Notes under the pieces: generated by a model
Told to the model about the DNA's origin: nothing
Database searches by the model: none
What the model saw: only the letters and a program-made list of their open reading frames with translations
NCBI RefSeq assembly: GCF_000142905.1
Contig: NW_013657671.1
Location: 546,465 to 584,593 of the forward strand
Reading direction: 5' to 3'
Source: Thecamonas trahens ATCC 50062
Lineage: Eukaryota > Protista > Apusomonadida
Length of the DNA stretch: 38,129 nt
In this document: positions 13,389 to 22,916 of the stretch, piece after piece
How positions within the stretch are numbered: position 1 is the stretch's first letter
Layout of the letters: the number at the start of each line of letters is the position of its first letter
Made by a program: the position numbers and the translations under genes

Positions 13389-13783
13389 GGTCGGGGGAAG
13401 TGGCGGGGGCGGGGGCGGCAGCAGCGGCGGCGGCTCCGTCGGCGGCTGAAGAAAGCAGCGATGGACGTCGGGCGTCACCGGCGGTTGTCGACGTCTTTGG
13501 CGACGCACAGACATCGAGCAAGGAGTTTTCACTGGATGGCCTCGCCGACCAGGATGTCGAGGACGCACTGGGCGCTCCCGACACCTGGGCCGGCACCTCG
13601 CCCGCAGACTCGATCGAGGACGACTTTGAGGCTTTTCTCGCTCAGGCGCAGGCGAGCATGGCATCATCCAAGGCCGTCACCACACCGCCACCACACGTTC
13701 CGCGCATCGCCGGCCCGAACGCCACCACGCCCGAGCCGCGGGCTAGAGAGACGCGCGAGCCGGCGCCGCTGCTCCAGCTGTAG
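12590..13783 (+). CDS. AP1AR: AP-1 complex-associated regulatory protein (Gadkin/gamma-BAR)-like; join(12590..12662,13119..13783), 245 aa
   Basis: Exon 1 MGQCFGLCNKRPYPKHEYGPGYET ends at donor G|GTACGT (12663); acceptor GATAG|CG at 13118 restores the frame of ORF 13031-13783. Ordered motifs QCFGL, PLTQRQI, LEEDAFLDAQRAA and EDDFEAFL match my recollection of animal AP1AR (QCFGL, PLTEEEI, LEEEALYAAQREAA, EDDFESCL). Confidence 0.65.
12670..12746. repeat. (GT)n microsatellite inside the AP1AR-like intron, followed by (GAT)n/(GGT)n/(GT)n and G-run tracts to ~13111
   Basis: Directly visible. Confidence 0.97.
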
Positions 13784-13833
13784 CGCAGTCGCCATGGATT
13801 GAATGTTGAGCAGCCGGCACATGTCGGAGTGCA

Positions 13834-14406
13834 TTAGCGCCCGTCGCTCTCGTCGCTGCGTGCGTCGTTGTCGACATCGAGGACAACGTCAAACTCTGAT
13901 GCGAGTGTCGTAAACTCGGGCGAGTCAGCCCACGCCCGAAGCGCAGCGTCAAAGCCGGGATTGGGTGTAGCAAGCCGGCGGGAGCGGCGAAGAAAAGCAA
14001 GCGCAGCATCGTAGTCGAGGCTCGCACCCAGCATGAGGACGGCGACGATGATCGAGGCCGATCGAGAGATGCCGCCCTCGCAGTGGACAAGAACTGATTG
14101 CTCCGGCGCCTGCGAGGAGCAGATGAAGCGAAACAGACGACGAGTGAGCAAGCTGGCGATGTCTGCATCGGCATCATCGTCGATGGCCACCCGCATGTAC
14201 TCGATGCCATGCTGGGCGTGAGGGAAGCCGCACGAGTCGGGCGCGGTGGCGACCACGACGCGAGTTATCGACGCCTCGTTGAGCATGGTCAACGACTTTG
14301 CCGTCGTCATGTCCGAGATGTACAGCCATGGAAGGACACGGGTGGGAGGAAGGCGGCCACCATACATGAAACGCATGAGGGCGTCGGTCTCGGCGGTCGC
14401 TGCCAT
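13834..14406 (-). CDS. Small atypical dual-specificity protein phosphatase
   Basis: PTRVLPWLYISD, acidic loop IDDDADADI, catalytic VLVHCEGGISRSASI, R..ATPNPGF..AL. Likely start MAATAET at 14406. Confidence 0.9.
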   Translation of the reverse strand: MAATAETDALMRFMYGGRLPPTRVLPWLYISDMTTAKSLTMLNEASITRVVVATAPDSCGFPHAQHGIEYMRVAIDDDADADIASLLTRRLFRFICSSQAPEQSVLVHCEGGISRSASIIVAVLMLGASLDYDAALAFLRRSRRLATPNPGFDAALRAWADSPEFTTLASEFDVVLDVDNDARSDESDGR

Positions 14407-14660
14407 GTGGCCTGGATGAGTGGCGCGAGTTGAGCGTGCGTCCGCATCCGTACGGGTAGTTTGGGTGGCGGCTCGCCATGCGAAGACAGACAAGGAACTT
14501 TACTCTAACGCGAGCTTGCGACGGCAGTTCACGTCCGCGCGGCTCACCGTGTCAAGCCAGCAGAGCGACTGCTCGGCAGGCTCCGTTTACGCCACGGCTC
14601 GCCCGCGCGATCACAGACGAGCGATGCGCTGTCCTCCTGGGTTTTATGTACCGTTAAGGA

Positions 14661-15548
14661 CTAAACAGTGTCGAGATCAGCATAGACTACAGTGGCGCGG
14701 CCAGCAGGAGCAGCAGTGGTGGCAGCCGCTACGCCAGCGACATAGATGGAGACATGGCCGCCTTCGTTGGCGGCGAGGACGGTGGTGCCATGGAGAGCGG
14801 ACCAGGTCTTGACGATGGCCGGACCGACAAGGCCCTGGGCGACGGCATAGGGGAAGATGCGGATGCCCTGGTCGACGAGGACGGTGCCGGGAGAGTGAAA
14901 GGCAATGTCGAAGCAGATCATCATGCCGACAGCACGCGGGGCGCCGCCCCAGGTGGCGTTGAACGAGACAAGGTCCGGGACAACCGGCTCGTCGTAGGCC
15001 TTCCGGAACCAGACGTGCGACTTGCGGTACTTGGCGACGAGGGCACCGGTGGCGTCGAGCACGACATCAGCGTTGTACAGCTTGTCGCCATCGGCCTCGA
15101 CGAGGTTGGCAACGAGCCAGAGACGAGTACGGGCGGCGATGCACGCCAGCTGCTGGGTCTGCCACGCAGAGTCAAAGCGGGCGTCCCCGCACGGCATCAT
15201 CGGCTGACCGCCCGCAGCAGCAGCAGCGATGGCGGCCTGCGACGGCAGCGGCTGGGCAAAGGCCGTCAGCGCCGCCCGCTGATCGGCGGCCGAGCCAGAG
15301 AAGACCTCGCCAGACGAGACGCCAAACTCGGGATAGACCAGGAGCTCGACGTCTGCCGCCGCCGCCGCCGCTGCCGCGTCGGCATATGCCGCCAGGTTGC
15401 TCGCCGCCACCTGCGTCGCGTTGGCTGTCGCCGTGTACGGAGTCGGCGTAAAGGCCACCACGCCGCCTCGCCAGGTTGGCGTCGCCGACACCAGCCAAGC
15501 AGCCGAGAGCAGGCAGAGTGCGAGTATGAGGGAATGGGTAGTAGGCAT
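14661..15548 (-). CDS. Secreted vanin/biotinidase-like carbon-nitrogen hydrolase (nitrilase superfamily)
   Basis: Signal peptide MPTTHSLILALCLLSAAWLVSA; catalytic triad in LLVYPE, YN..V.D..G.LVAKYRK and ICFDI; L.CIA..R.WLVANL is typical of the vanin branch. No C-terminal vanin base domain. Confidence 0.85.
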   Translation of the reverse strand: MPTTHSLILALCLLSAAWLVSATPTWRGGVVAFTPTPYTATANATQVAASNLAAYADAAAAAAAADVELLVYPEFGVSSGEVFSGSAADQRAALTAFAQPLPSQAAIAAAAAGGQPMMPCGDARFDSAWQTQQLACIAARTRLWLVANLVEADGDKLYNADVVLDATGALVAKYRKSHVWFRKAYDEPVVPDLVSFNATWGGAPRAVGMMICFDIAFHSPGTVLVDQGIRIFPYAVAQGLVGPAIVKTWSALHGTTVLAANEGGHVSIYVAGVAAATTAAPAGRATVVYADLDTV

Positions 15549-15780
15549 GGCAAGGCGGGAGCAAGAGAGGATTGTACCATGACTTGAACGTGCTCTAGTC
15601 GTAGCTCATGCCCTAGCCAGCATTTGTTCGAATCGAAGTCTCGAATCCTCTCCTCTCCTCCCCCCCAGTTCTTCCAAAGACATGGATGAGGGTGAGGATG
15701 GATGAGGCCCTCGGATTGCTTCGGTTGGACGTTGGCTGCAACAATTTGACCGGTTCTCGCAACACACATCTTCATTTACT

Positions 15781-16697
15781 ATGGCTTCCAAGTCCAAGTC
15801 CCGCTCGTCCAAGTCTGCCTCCAAGGCCAAGGGCAAGGCTAAGGCCTCGTCCTCCAAGGCCAAGGGCAAGGCTAAGGCCGCTGCCTCCAAGTCCAAGTCG
15901 AAGGCCAAGTCCTCGTCCCGCAAGTCCGCCCGTACGTCCCTTGCTGCCCAGTATACCCCCTCCCCTTGGCTTGTCTAACCGCGGCCAGTGCCGGCGGCGG
16001 CCAAGAGGATCAGCCGGCCGTTTTTTTGGCGCCCCTACCCGCTTCTCCCAGCGCCGCTCTACAGCGCGCTGCTCGTTGCCCAGCGCTCCCACACTCCCCA
16101 ACCCACGCCCTCCTCCCGCTACGCGTCGAAGACCTGTCCCCATTCTCCGCATTGCGTTTCCCTGCGCGACAGCGCCAGCAGTCTCGCCGCCCCCCTCAGG
16201 CTATGAATTTTCTTCCCACGGCTGCACTCGGTCGTTTGGCGGTCGTTTGGCGACCGAACAAAACAAAATTCGCAGCTGAGCCGCGCGCGCGTTTGTCGGA
16301 CATTTTTTTTTTGCGCGGGGACTCGAACAATTTTTTTGCTCCGTCGGCGACTCCGGGCACGCACGCAAGCAAAACTCACCTGTGGAATGTCTACCGGATG
16401 GCTAAAATGACAGGCACCTCGGGCCGCTCGTCGCAGAAGGCTGCCTCCGGCGGCTGCTGCGGTGGCTCGGCTGCCGACTCGCGCCGTGGCTCGTCGCGCG
16501 CCTCGGGCAAGTCGTCCAAGGCCGCCAAGGGCAAGAAGGCTGCCAAGGCCGCCAAGGGCAAGGGCAAGGGCAAGGGCAAGAAGGCCGCTTCGTCGTCCGA
16601 CGACTCGTCCGACGAGTCTGAGGAGTACTCCGAGGAGGACTCGGAGGACTACGACGAGTCCGAGGAGGAGGACTCGGAGGAGGAGTCGTCGTCCTAA
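15781..16697 (+). CDS. Small Lys/Ser/Ala-rich protein with acidic C-tail (linker-histone-like); join(15781..15931,16414..16697), 144 aa
   Basis: Exon 1 MASKSKSRSSKSASKAKGKAKA... ends at C|GTACGT (15932). Acceptor GCTAAAATGACAG| at 16413 gives in-frame RTSGRSSQK...KAAKGKKAAKAAKGKGKGKGKK...DDSSDESEEYSEEDSEDYDESEEEDSEEESSS*. Strong AAG/GCC/TCC codon bias. Confidence 0.7.
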
Positions 16698-16831
16698 TCG
16701 ACCGACGTGCCAGCTTCTCTCCCGTGCCCCCGTGCATCAGCGGGTGCGGGCCTTCTGACACGCTGGACTCTTCTCGCGTAGGGACCTTGCTGTCATCGCC
16801 CGTGCATTGAACGCTCTCTGTTTAGCCAAGC

Positions 16832-17160
16832 CACACGCACACACACACACACGCACACACACACATACCTGTCAGCCGTCTGCCGTACTCTGAATCTGCT
16901 CGCCTTTTTGGCGTGGTGGTCGGCGACTTTTACCACCGGCAGCGACCATTACCGACGAAAGGCACTCTCGGCTCTTTGCCAGTCGACGACAGCTTTTCAG
17001 GTGGACGACGAGTGTTGTGGGGAAGTGAGGCAAGGAGAGCCCAGGTTGGAGCCACACCACGAGCGACCACACCCGTCCGACCACATACATACATACATAC
17101 ATACACACATAGAGTGTGTGTGTGTGTGCGAGAGAGAGAGAGAGTGTGTGTGTGTGCGGG
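16832..17160. repeat. Cluster of microsatellites: (CA)n, (ACAT)n, (GT)n, (GA)n
   Basis: Visible at ~16832-16866 and ~17083-17156. Confidence 0.9.
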
Positions 17161-17213
17161 TGGCGTAAGCATGTGGGCTCTTAGTACAAGTCCCCCACCG
17201 TCTGCCCACAGCC

Positions 17214-18983
17214 ATGACGGTACGGCAAGGCCAGGACCATCACCACCACCAGAAGCAAGGTCACCATCATCATCATCATCATCACCGCCACCACCACCAC
17301 TGCCACCACCATCTGCTCTACCACCACCATCTGCCCTTGACAATTCCAGCCCATCCCCTCCGCCTAATGATGCCGATAGCCGTCAAGACACATTCTCCTT
17401 TGACACCTCTGCCAGCTGCGCCTTCCTCGCCCTCGCAACCTGTGCGCATCATCGAACGAAGTGATTCGCTGGTCTCTCGCTCGAGATCAACCTCGTCGAC
17501 CTCGCGCGGTCATCGGACCAAGGTCCGAATCCGGACGCGGACAAAGGTGGTGGCGTCGACAGGGTCGAGCGGTCGAGGGAGGTCATCGACCGCATCGTCG
17601 GCGCACTCATCGTCCGAGCTGAGCGCGGCCATGGTGGCTGCTGCTGCTGCTGCCGCGTCGGTGGCGGTAGCGGGCAAGAGTGAGGCCTTTACCGAGAGCA
17701 GTGACGACGATGAACGGAGCCTGCCGCCGGTGCCTGTGGGCATTGCAGAGACCGCCGCTGATGGCGGGTCTGGCGGCGGCGGCGGCCATCGGAGGCCGCC
17801 GCCGCGACCGCGGCGCGAGACGCTCTCGCCGACGCCCGAGGCTTCGGCACGGGCGATGATTCCGCCGCGGTCGCCCAAAGCGATGGGCGGGGCCGGGACT
17901 GGCTCATGTGAGTTTGGGTCGCGGGCGAGCCCGGTGCTTGCGCCGCTTGCGACCGGAGCAGGGCGAGTGTTGAACGAGATGCCGCGGGCGTCGTCAGCGC
18001 CTAGTATGGGCGGGTGGGCCGCGAGCCTGAGCGGCGGCTCGCCGCGGCCGGTTGCGCCGCCGCCGTCGATCCCATCACGTGGCTCGTCGCTCGTGGCGTC
18101 GGAGCGGTACTCGCGGAGCTCGTCGTTTGTCTCGGGCTCGGGCTCGGACTCGGACGACTCGTCAATTTCGTCGATCTCGTCGCTGTCGTCGTCGGCGGCG
18201 GCGGTGAGCGGGAGCGGCGGCGGGAGCGGACGGCACCCGATGGGCCCGACCAAGTCGCAGGCGCGAGCGCTCGGTACGCTGCTCTCCGAGCTTGATCTCG
18301 AGTCCAAGGCGTACCTCATGGAGGAGGTCCTCCCGTCGGGCCGGATGCGGTCGGTGCAGGTAGTCATCGGGCGCGACGCCATCATGACCTGGCTCATCAA
18401 GCCGCTTGCCGGCGGGAGTGGAGCCAGTGACGGGAAGCGGGCCAAGCTGCCTGCGGCGCCGCAGCTGACGCTGCAGTACAAGCACAACTTTCCGCGCATT
18501 CTGGAGTTCCAGACCAACGACGTGAGGCGACTTTTCATGTACAAGTACGAGCCCGGCAAGGGCGATGTCCAGCTGTTCCGCTACTTTTCGCCGGCCGAAC
18601 ACCACGTGGTCTTTGACGCCGTCATGGAGCGGGTGGCGGTCATCGCCGCGTACCTGGAAAAGCTGCGGCGGAAGCAGTTTGTGGCGAGGGTGAGCGATGG
18701 CGCACACTCACCGAGGCGACGGCGGCGGCGGCGACGGCGGCCCGAGGCCACCGCGTCGTCGGCACCCGGCGGCTTTCTCTCCCCACCGGCGGCGGCGACG
18801 TCGTCGGGGTGCGGCGGGAGCGGCGGCGGCGACGTGGAGGCCGCGTGGTCGTGGATGACGTCGACCAACACCGACGACGCCGGCGACACGCTCGACACGT
18901 ATGACTCGGATGTGTTTGAGAGCGACGACGACGACGAGCACGATGTGTTTGCCATGATGCCCGGCACGCCCGACATGGTGTAA
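17214..18983 (+). CDS. Hypothetical protein: His/Ser/Gly low-complexity N-half, ~150-aa globular domain (possibly PH/PTB-like), acidic C-tail
   Basis: 589-codon ORF with genome-typical codon usage; ordered region ESKAYLMEEV...VFDAVMERVAVIAAYLEKL at ~18300-18680. Start uncertain (17214 or 17368). Confidence 0.7.
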   Translation: MTVRQGQDHHHHQKQGHHHHHHHHRHHHHCHHHLLYHHHLPLTIPAHPLRLMMPIAVKTHSPLTPLPAAPSSPSQPVRIIERSDSLVSRSRSTSSTSRGHRTKVRIRTRTKVVASTGSSGRGRSSTASSAHSSSELSAAMVAAAAAAASVAVAGKSEAFTESSDDDERSLPPVPVGIAETAADGGSGGGGGHRRPPPRPRRETLSPTPEASARAMIPPRSPKAMGGAGTGSCEFGSRASPVLAPLATGAGRVLNEMPRASSAPSMGGWAASLSGGSPRPVAPPPSIPSRGSSLVASERYSRSSSFVSGSGSDSDDSSISSISSLSSSAAAVSGSGGGSGRHPMGPTKSQARALGTLLSELDLESKAYLMEEVLPSGRMRSVQVVIGRDAIMTWLIKPLAGGSGASDGKRAKLPAAPQLTLQYKHNFPRILEFQTNDVRRLFMYKYEPGKGDVQLFRYFSPAEHHVVFDAVMERVAVIAAYLEKLRRKQFVARVSDGAHSPRRRRRRRRRPEATASSAPGGFLSPPAAATSSGCGGSGGGDVEAAWSWMTSTNTDDAGDTLDTYDSDVFESDDDDEHDVFAMMPGTPDMV

Positions 18984-19007
18984 CGCGCTTATTGTGTTCT
19001 TTGTCTC

Positions 19008-20498
19008 TCAAGTCGAGAGGAGCATCTCACGGTTGTCGTATGCCCAAAAGCCGGCAACGTCGGTGAGAATGTTGACGACGGTCCCTCCGACGCCCGAGGC
19101 AATCAGGTCGTCGAGGGTGATCCGGGTCGGGTGTGCCGGCTTGACCATGTCAAAGATCTCGCCCATGACGTCCTCTTTGCGCACAAGTGGATAGCCTGCC
19201 GCGGCCATCTCAGCGAGCACGTCCTTGAAGAACACGTTGAGCTCAAAGTACGAGAGTGCTCCGGTCTTGGAGATGTCAAGGATGCGGAAGAGCCACGAGA
19301 GCGCCTGAGGCTCGGACTTGTTCTCCATGGCGAGGACAAAGTCGACGTAGGTCTTAAAGTCCATCTCGCCTCCGTAGGTGTGGCACTCTTCAAAGACCCG
19401 GTCCAAAAAGGTCGGCGTGAGGGTGCGAGAGCCAAAGGCGGCAAGCTCGCTCCGCGAGAGCATGCCGTTCTGGTCAGTGTCGAGCCGGAGGTAGTCGGCG
19501 TAAATGCGCCGGGCCGAGAAGAGCGAGAACCAGTTCGTCGGCGGGCCCGATGGCGCACCCGACGCGCCGCGCGAACGCTCGATTTCGTCGGGAACCAGCG
19601 CGGCTTCGGCTGGCTGGTCCTCGAGCTCAAAAAACTCGGAGAGGACCGGCGAGAGGAGGATGGACTTAATGGCCACCCGGCCCATGCGGAGCGGGTCGAG
19701 GAAGAACATAAACTTGCGGACAGCGGTACAGACGTAGAAGACCTCAAAGGTCGGATCGAGCGCCGCCAGGCACGGCAAGTCCTTCACAGACTGCATGATG
19801 AACCGCTCCATGTCGACCTCGGTGAGGTAGCCCGAGCCCTCGGTGTCGTGGGCGGCGAGCATGATGCGGGTCTTGCGGAGCGAGGCCCGGCCGACGGCGT
19901 ACTCGTACACGAGCTCGACAGGAACCCGACCAAGCGGATCCGACCGGAACCGATAGAAAGCGGCCGGCGTGAGCAGCGCGGCGACCTTGGGCTCGAGTAC
20001 ACGCGCCGCTGCGTTGTACCCGGCGTAGTCGATCATCAGCTCCGAGTCTGGCGCGTCCTCGGGTGCACGCGGCAGGCCGAGGATGTCCAGCTTGTCACGC
20101 CCGGCATCGTCGCCGTCGCCGTCGCTTGCTCCAGACTCGGAGGCTGGATCCGGAAAGCCGACGGTGGCCTCGTTGGCAAGAGCTGACCAGAGGAGCTCGA
20201 GCGCCTCGCCATCAGCCAGCTGGTCGATCATCCTGCCGAGAAAGCGCAGCCTCGCCTCGCGATGGAGCAGAGCCGCCGCCGGCGATTCCGGTGCCGACGG
20301 AAAATGGAACCGCGGAATGGCTAGGCCTGTCGTTGTCCCTGGTGCCCCATCATTGTCGCGGATCTCGCCCGCATCATGAGACGGTTGCGGCGCGAGGAGA
20401 GTGGCCAAATGAGCGCGGGTCTGTTCTTCCAAGGTTGTCGACGACGGCGGATGAGGTGCAGCCGCGGCCGCACGGCGGAGTCGGGCGAGGGTAGACAT
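19008..20498 (-). CDS. PPP2R3C: PP2A regulatory subunit B'' gamma (PPP2R3C-like, EF-hand)
   Basis: IPRFHFP, L.REAR.RFL, FYVCTAVRKFMFFLDP...G...IK.IL.SP.L.E..EL, NWFS..SA.R.Y..YL.LD.DQNGMLS..EL, MDFKTYVDFVLA.EN, EIFDMVKP, D..GFWAYDNRE. Likely start MSTLARL at 20498. Confidence 0.92.
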   Translation of the reverse strand: MSTLARLRRAAAAAPHPPSSTTLEEQTRAHLATLLAPQPSHDAGEIRDNDGAPGTTTGLAIPRFHFPSAPESPAAALLHREARLRFLGRMIDQLADGEALELLWSALANEATVGFPDPASESGASDGDGDDAGRDKLDILGLPRAPEDAPDSELMIDYAGYNAAARVLEPKVAALLTPAAFYRFRSDPLGRVPVELVYEYAVGRASLRKTRIMLAAHDTEGSGYLTEVDMERFIMQSVKDLPCLAALDPTFEVFYVCTAVRKFMFFLDPLRMGRVAIKSILLSPVLSEFFELEDQPAEAALVPDEIERSRGASGAPSGPPTNWFSLFSARRIYADYLRLDTDQNGMLSRSELAAFGSRTLTPTFLDRVFEECHTYGGEMDFKTYVDFVLAMENKSEPQALSWLFRILDISKTGALSYFELNVFFKDVLAEMAAAGYPLVRKEDVMGEIFDMVKPAHPTRITLDDLIASGVGGTVVNILTDVAGFWAYDNREMLLST

Positions 20499-20734
20499 GG
20501 CGGGTATATGGTGTGTGTGTGGGTGGGGGGGTGGGGGGTGGGAGGCTGGGGTGTGTGCATTTGGGCGCGCGCGCATTTGGGGAGCAAACAGCGGCAGCGG
20601 CAGATGCAGCCGAAGGGATGCCGTGGACATGCGTGTGTGACAAGAGTGTTTAAACAAAGTGAAGGGGAAGAATGTGGTGATGATGATGATGATAATGGTG
20701 ATAGTGATAGTGGTTGGTGGTGGTGCTGTTGCTG

Positions 20735-22338
20735 CTAATGTGCACCGGCAAAGGTGGTCCACGGCTGCGACGGGCGCGAAGTGAGGACCGATTTCTGCCA
20801 GGCCCACTGCGGGTTGTCAGCGATAAAGGCATCGGCGTCAAAGGGAGCGCCGTTGGCGCGGCCAAAGATGGCGGACATCTCCATTCGGGCGGCCATGTCG
20901 GCCGAAGTGACCTTGCCGTCGACCGAGCCGGCAGGGGTGAAGGGAACGTTCCACACGGCGTTGGGGTCCGAAACGTAGTACTGCGGGTCGACGTCGTACA
21001 TGCCGCAGATGCAGCGCGAGCTGGGGTTCTCCTTCTTGAGGTAGACATCGTAGGTGTCGCCGAGCATGGACTGGCCGGCGGCGACGGAGATGTTGCCGTA
21101 GTGGCCATTGAGGAGCTGCGGCCAGCGGGTGCGGCGGGCACCGGTCTGCTGGCGGACGTCGGAGAAGCCGGTGTCGGCACACTCGAGGTTGCGAATCTCG
21201 GGCGAGTTGGCGACGTTGTCACCAAAGATGTAGCCGTCGGCAAGCTTGTTGGTGTAGGTGTAGGTGAGGCCCTGCTCGTACTCGGCAATCTCGTTCGAGT
21301 GAATGTCGGCGAGGAGCCAAGAGTTGGCGTACCCGCCGTTGTTCCCGCCCTCCATGATGGCGATCCACTCGTCGATGGTGGACGCGTACTGAGTGGCATT
21401 ACGGACGCGAATAAACTCGGGAATGCCCGCGGTGTCAAAGCCCTGGAAGCCAGCGAGGGTGGTCTCGGTCACGACGAGGCCGCCCGAGTTGAGCCAAAAG
21501 TCGGTCATGGACGAGAGGTACAGATAAGAGGTCTGCATGAGGATGGCGTTGCCCGAGGTCGGCTTGAGCGAGAGCATGACGTTCATAAAGGCACCGTTCC
21601 AGAACGAGGTAAAAGTCTCGTGCCCGATGACGATCTTGCCGTCGGCGGTGGCCGAGCCGGTGGCCACAAAGGCCGAGCAGTGCGAGGTGGAGAAGCGGGC
21701 GCCGTCGTTCTTGGCTGACGCATACTTGCTGACAACAGTGGGCCACCAGTAGCCGGTCAGGCCCATGTACGCGTTCCACCCGACAATGTCGGCGAGGGTG
21801 GCGCGGACGCCGGCCTTGGTGGCGCCGTCGGCCATGCCCTGCATCTCCTGCATGTACTCGTCGGTGATGAGGTGGGCCTGCATCTCGTTGGCCTTGTCGA
21901 CAAAGAACTGATACGTCATGCCGGTCGTCTGCAGCGTCATGTACTCGTACGCCTGCACCGCCGCCGCCCACTCCTTGGCCATGGTGTATCCGTTCTGGAA
22001 GCCCATCTCGTACGGGTCGCCCGAGATGTTGACATAGATCCACCCGTTGACATCCTTCCGCGACGCCTTGGCCACCATAGCCTCCTCGGCAGGCGTCAAT
22101 GGCAGTGGCTTGCCCGTATCGCGCGACGCGGGCATCATCGACGCGTAAAACGCCTCCTGGTTCCGCGGGTCCATCCCGCCAGCTGCGACCAAAGCCACAA
22201 GCGCAAGCCTACGAGACGGGAGGAAGGGAGGACGTGAGTGTGTGGAAGAACAGACGGAAGGACACGGGGAGGGGCGGAAGGCGCGCAACATGCGTACATG
22301 GCCGTGGCAGCAAGTGCAAACATAGTGGTGGCTTGCAT
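20735..22338 (-). CDS. Secreted phospholipase-B-like / peptidase C45 family Ntn hydrolase; complement(join(20735..22208,22298..22338))
   Basis: Removing intron 22297->22209 (GTACGC...CTCAC...TAG) creates signal peptide MQATTMFALAATAMLALVALVAA. Motifs GWIY..I.G.PYE.GFQ.G, nucleophile H-CSAFVATG, ETT, PEF.RVR.A, NNGGYAN.WL, P.GS.DGK. Confidence 0.85.
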
Positions 22339-22793
22339 GTTTCTGTTGCAAGTCGCGTCTGCCGTCTTCTCCCTTCTCCCTTGCCCTCGCCGTCGTGCGT
22401 TGGCAATTATCGCCTCCGCCACAGTGTCAAGAAAAACACGGCTGACGAAGAGTCGGGTGTGACGAGGATTGCCACATGGTGGGCAGTTCGAAGGAGAGGG
22501 GGGCTTGTGGGTGGGTAGAGGGCATGTGGCGTGGTTGGTTGGGGAAGATAGAAGGTCGTGCCTTCCATCGCGAGTGTTGGCCTTTGAAGAGTCGGCAGCG
22601 GCGAGTAGAGCGGCAGTCGAGCGCAGGGGGAGGGCAGCGGGCGATCATCGGCTGGGGATAGGGATGGGGAGATGGATAGGGGCAGGAGCGCAAAGAGCAC
22701 AAAGTCAGTAGATTGCTCACGTGCATGCCCACGTCCGATCTTCATCGGCTGCGGCAGTTGGCTGTGGTCAGGGCACGCGCAGGTCAAGCAGGC

Positions 22794-22865
22794 GGTTGAT
22801 CGATGTGTTATTCTGCCCTCACTGCAAGGGAGGGGGGTGCGCTCTAATAAGAGCGCAGGTTGTTG
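22794..22865 (-). promoter_or_regulatory. H2B 3' element: histone-type stem-loop plus conserved downstream block
   Basis: Minus strand reads CAACAACC-TGCGCTCT-TATT-AGAGCGCA-CCCCCCTCCCTTGCAGT-GAGGGCAGAATAACACATCGATCAACC; the stem starts 59 nt after the H2B stop. Confidence 0.85.
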
Positions 22866-22916
22866 CTTGGCTGCCTGCCTGCGAGCAGATGCTCACGGAC
22901 GGGCGAGGAGAGGCGC

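Noticed and set aside
12222-13596. CVCVCV / HTHTHT ORFs as metal-binding proteins
   Set aside because: Translations of (GT)n/(CA)n microsatellites within an intron.
16698-16830. Histone stem-loop behind the H1-like gene, or a U7-like snRNA within the window
   Set aside because: No copy of either block after this gene, and I found no separate complement of the downstream element elsewhere in the window by eye.
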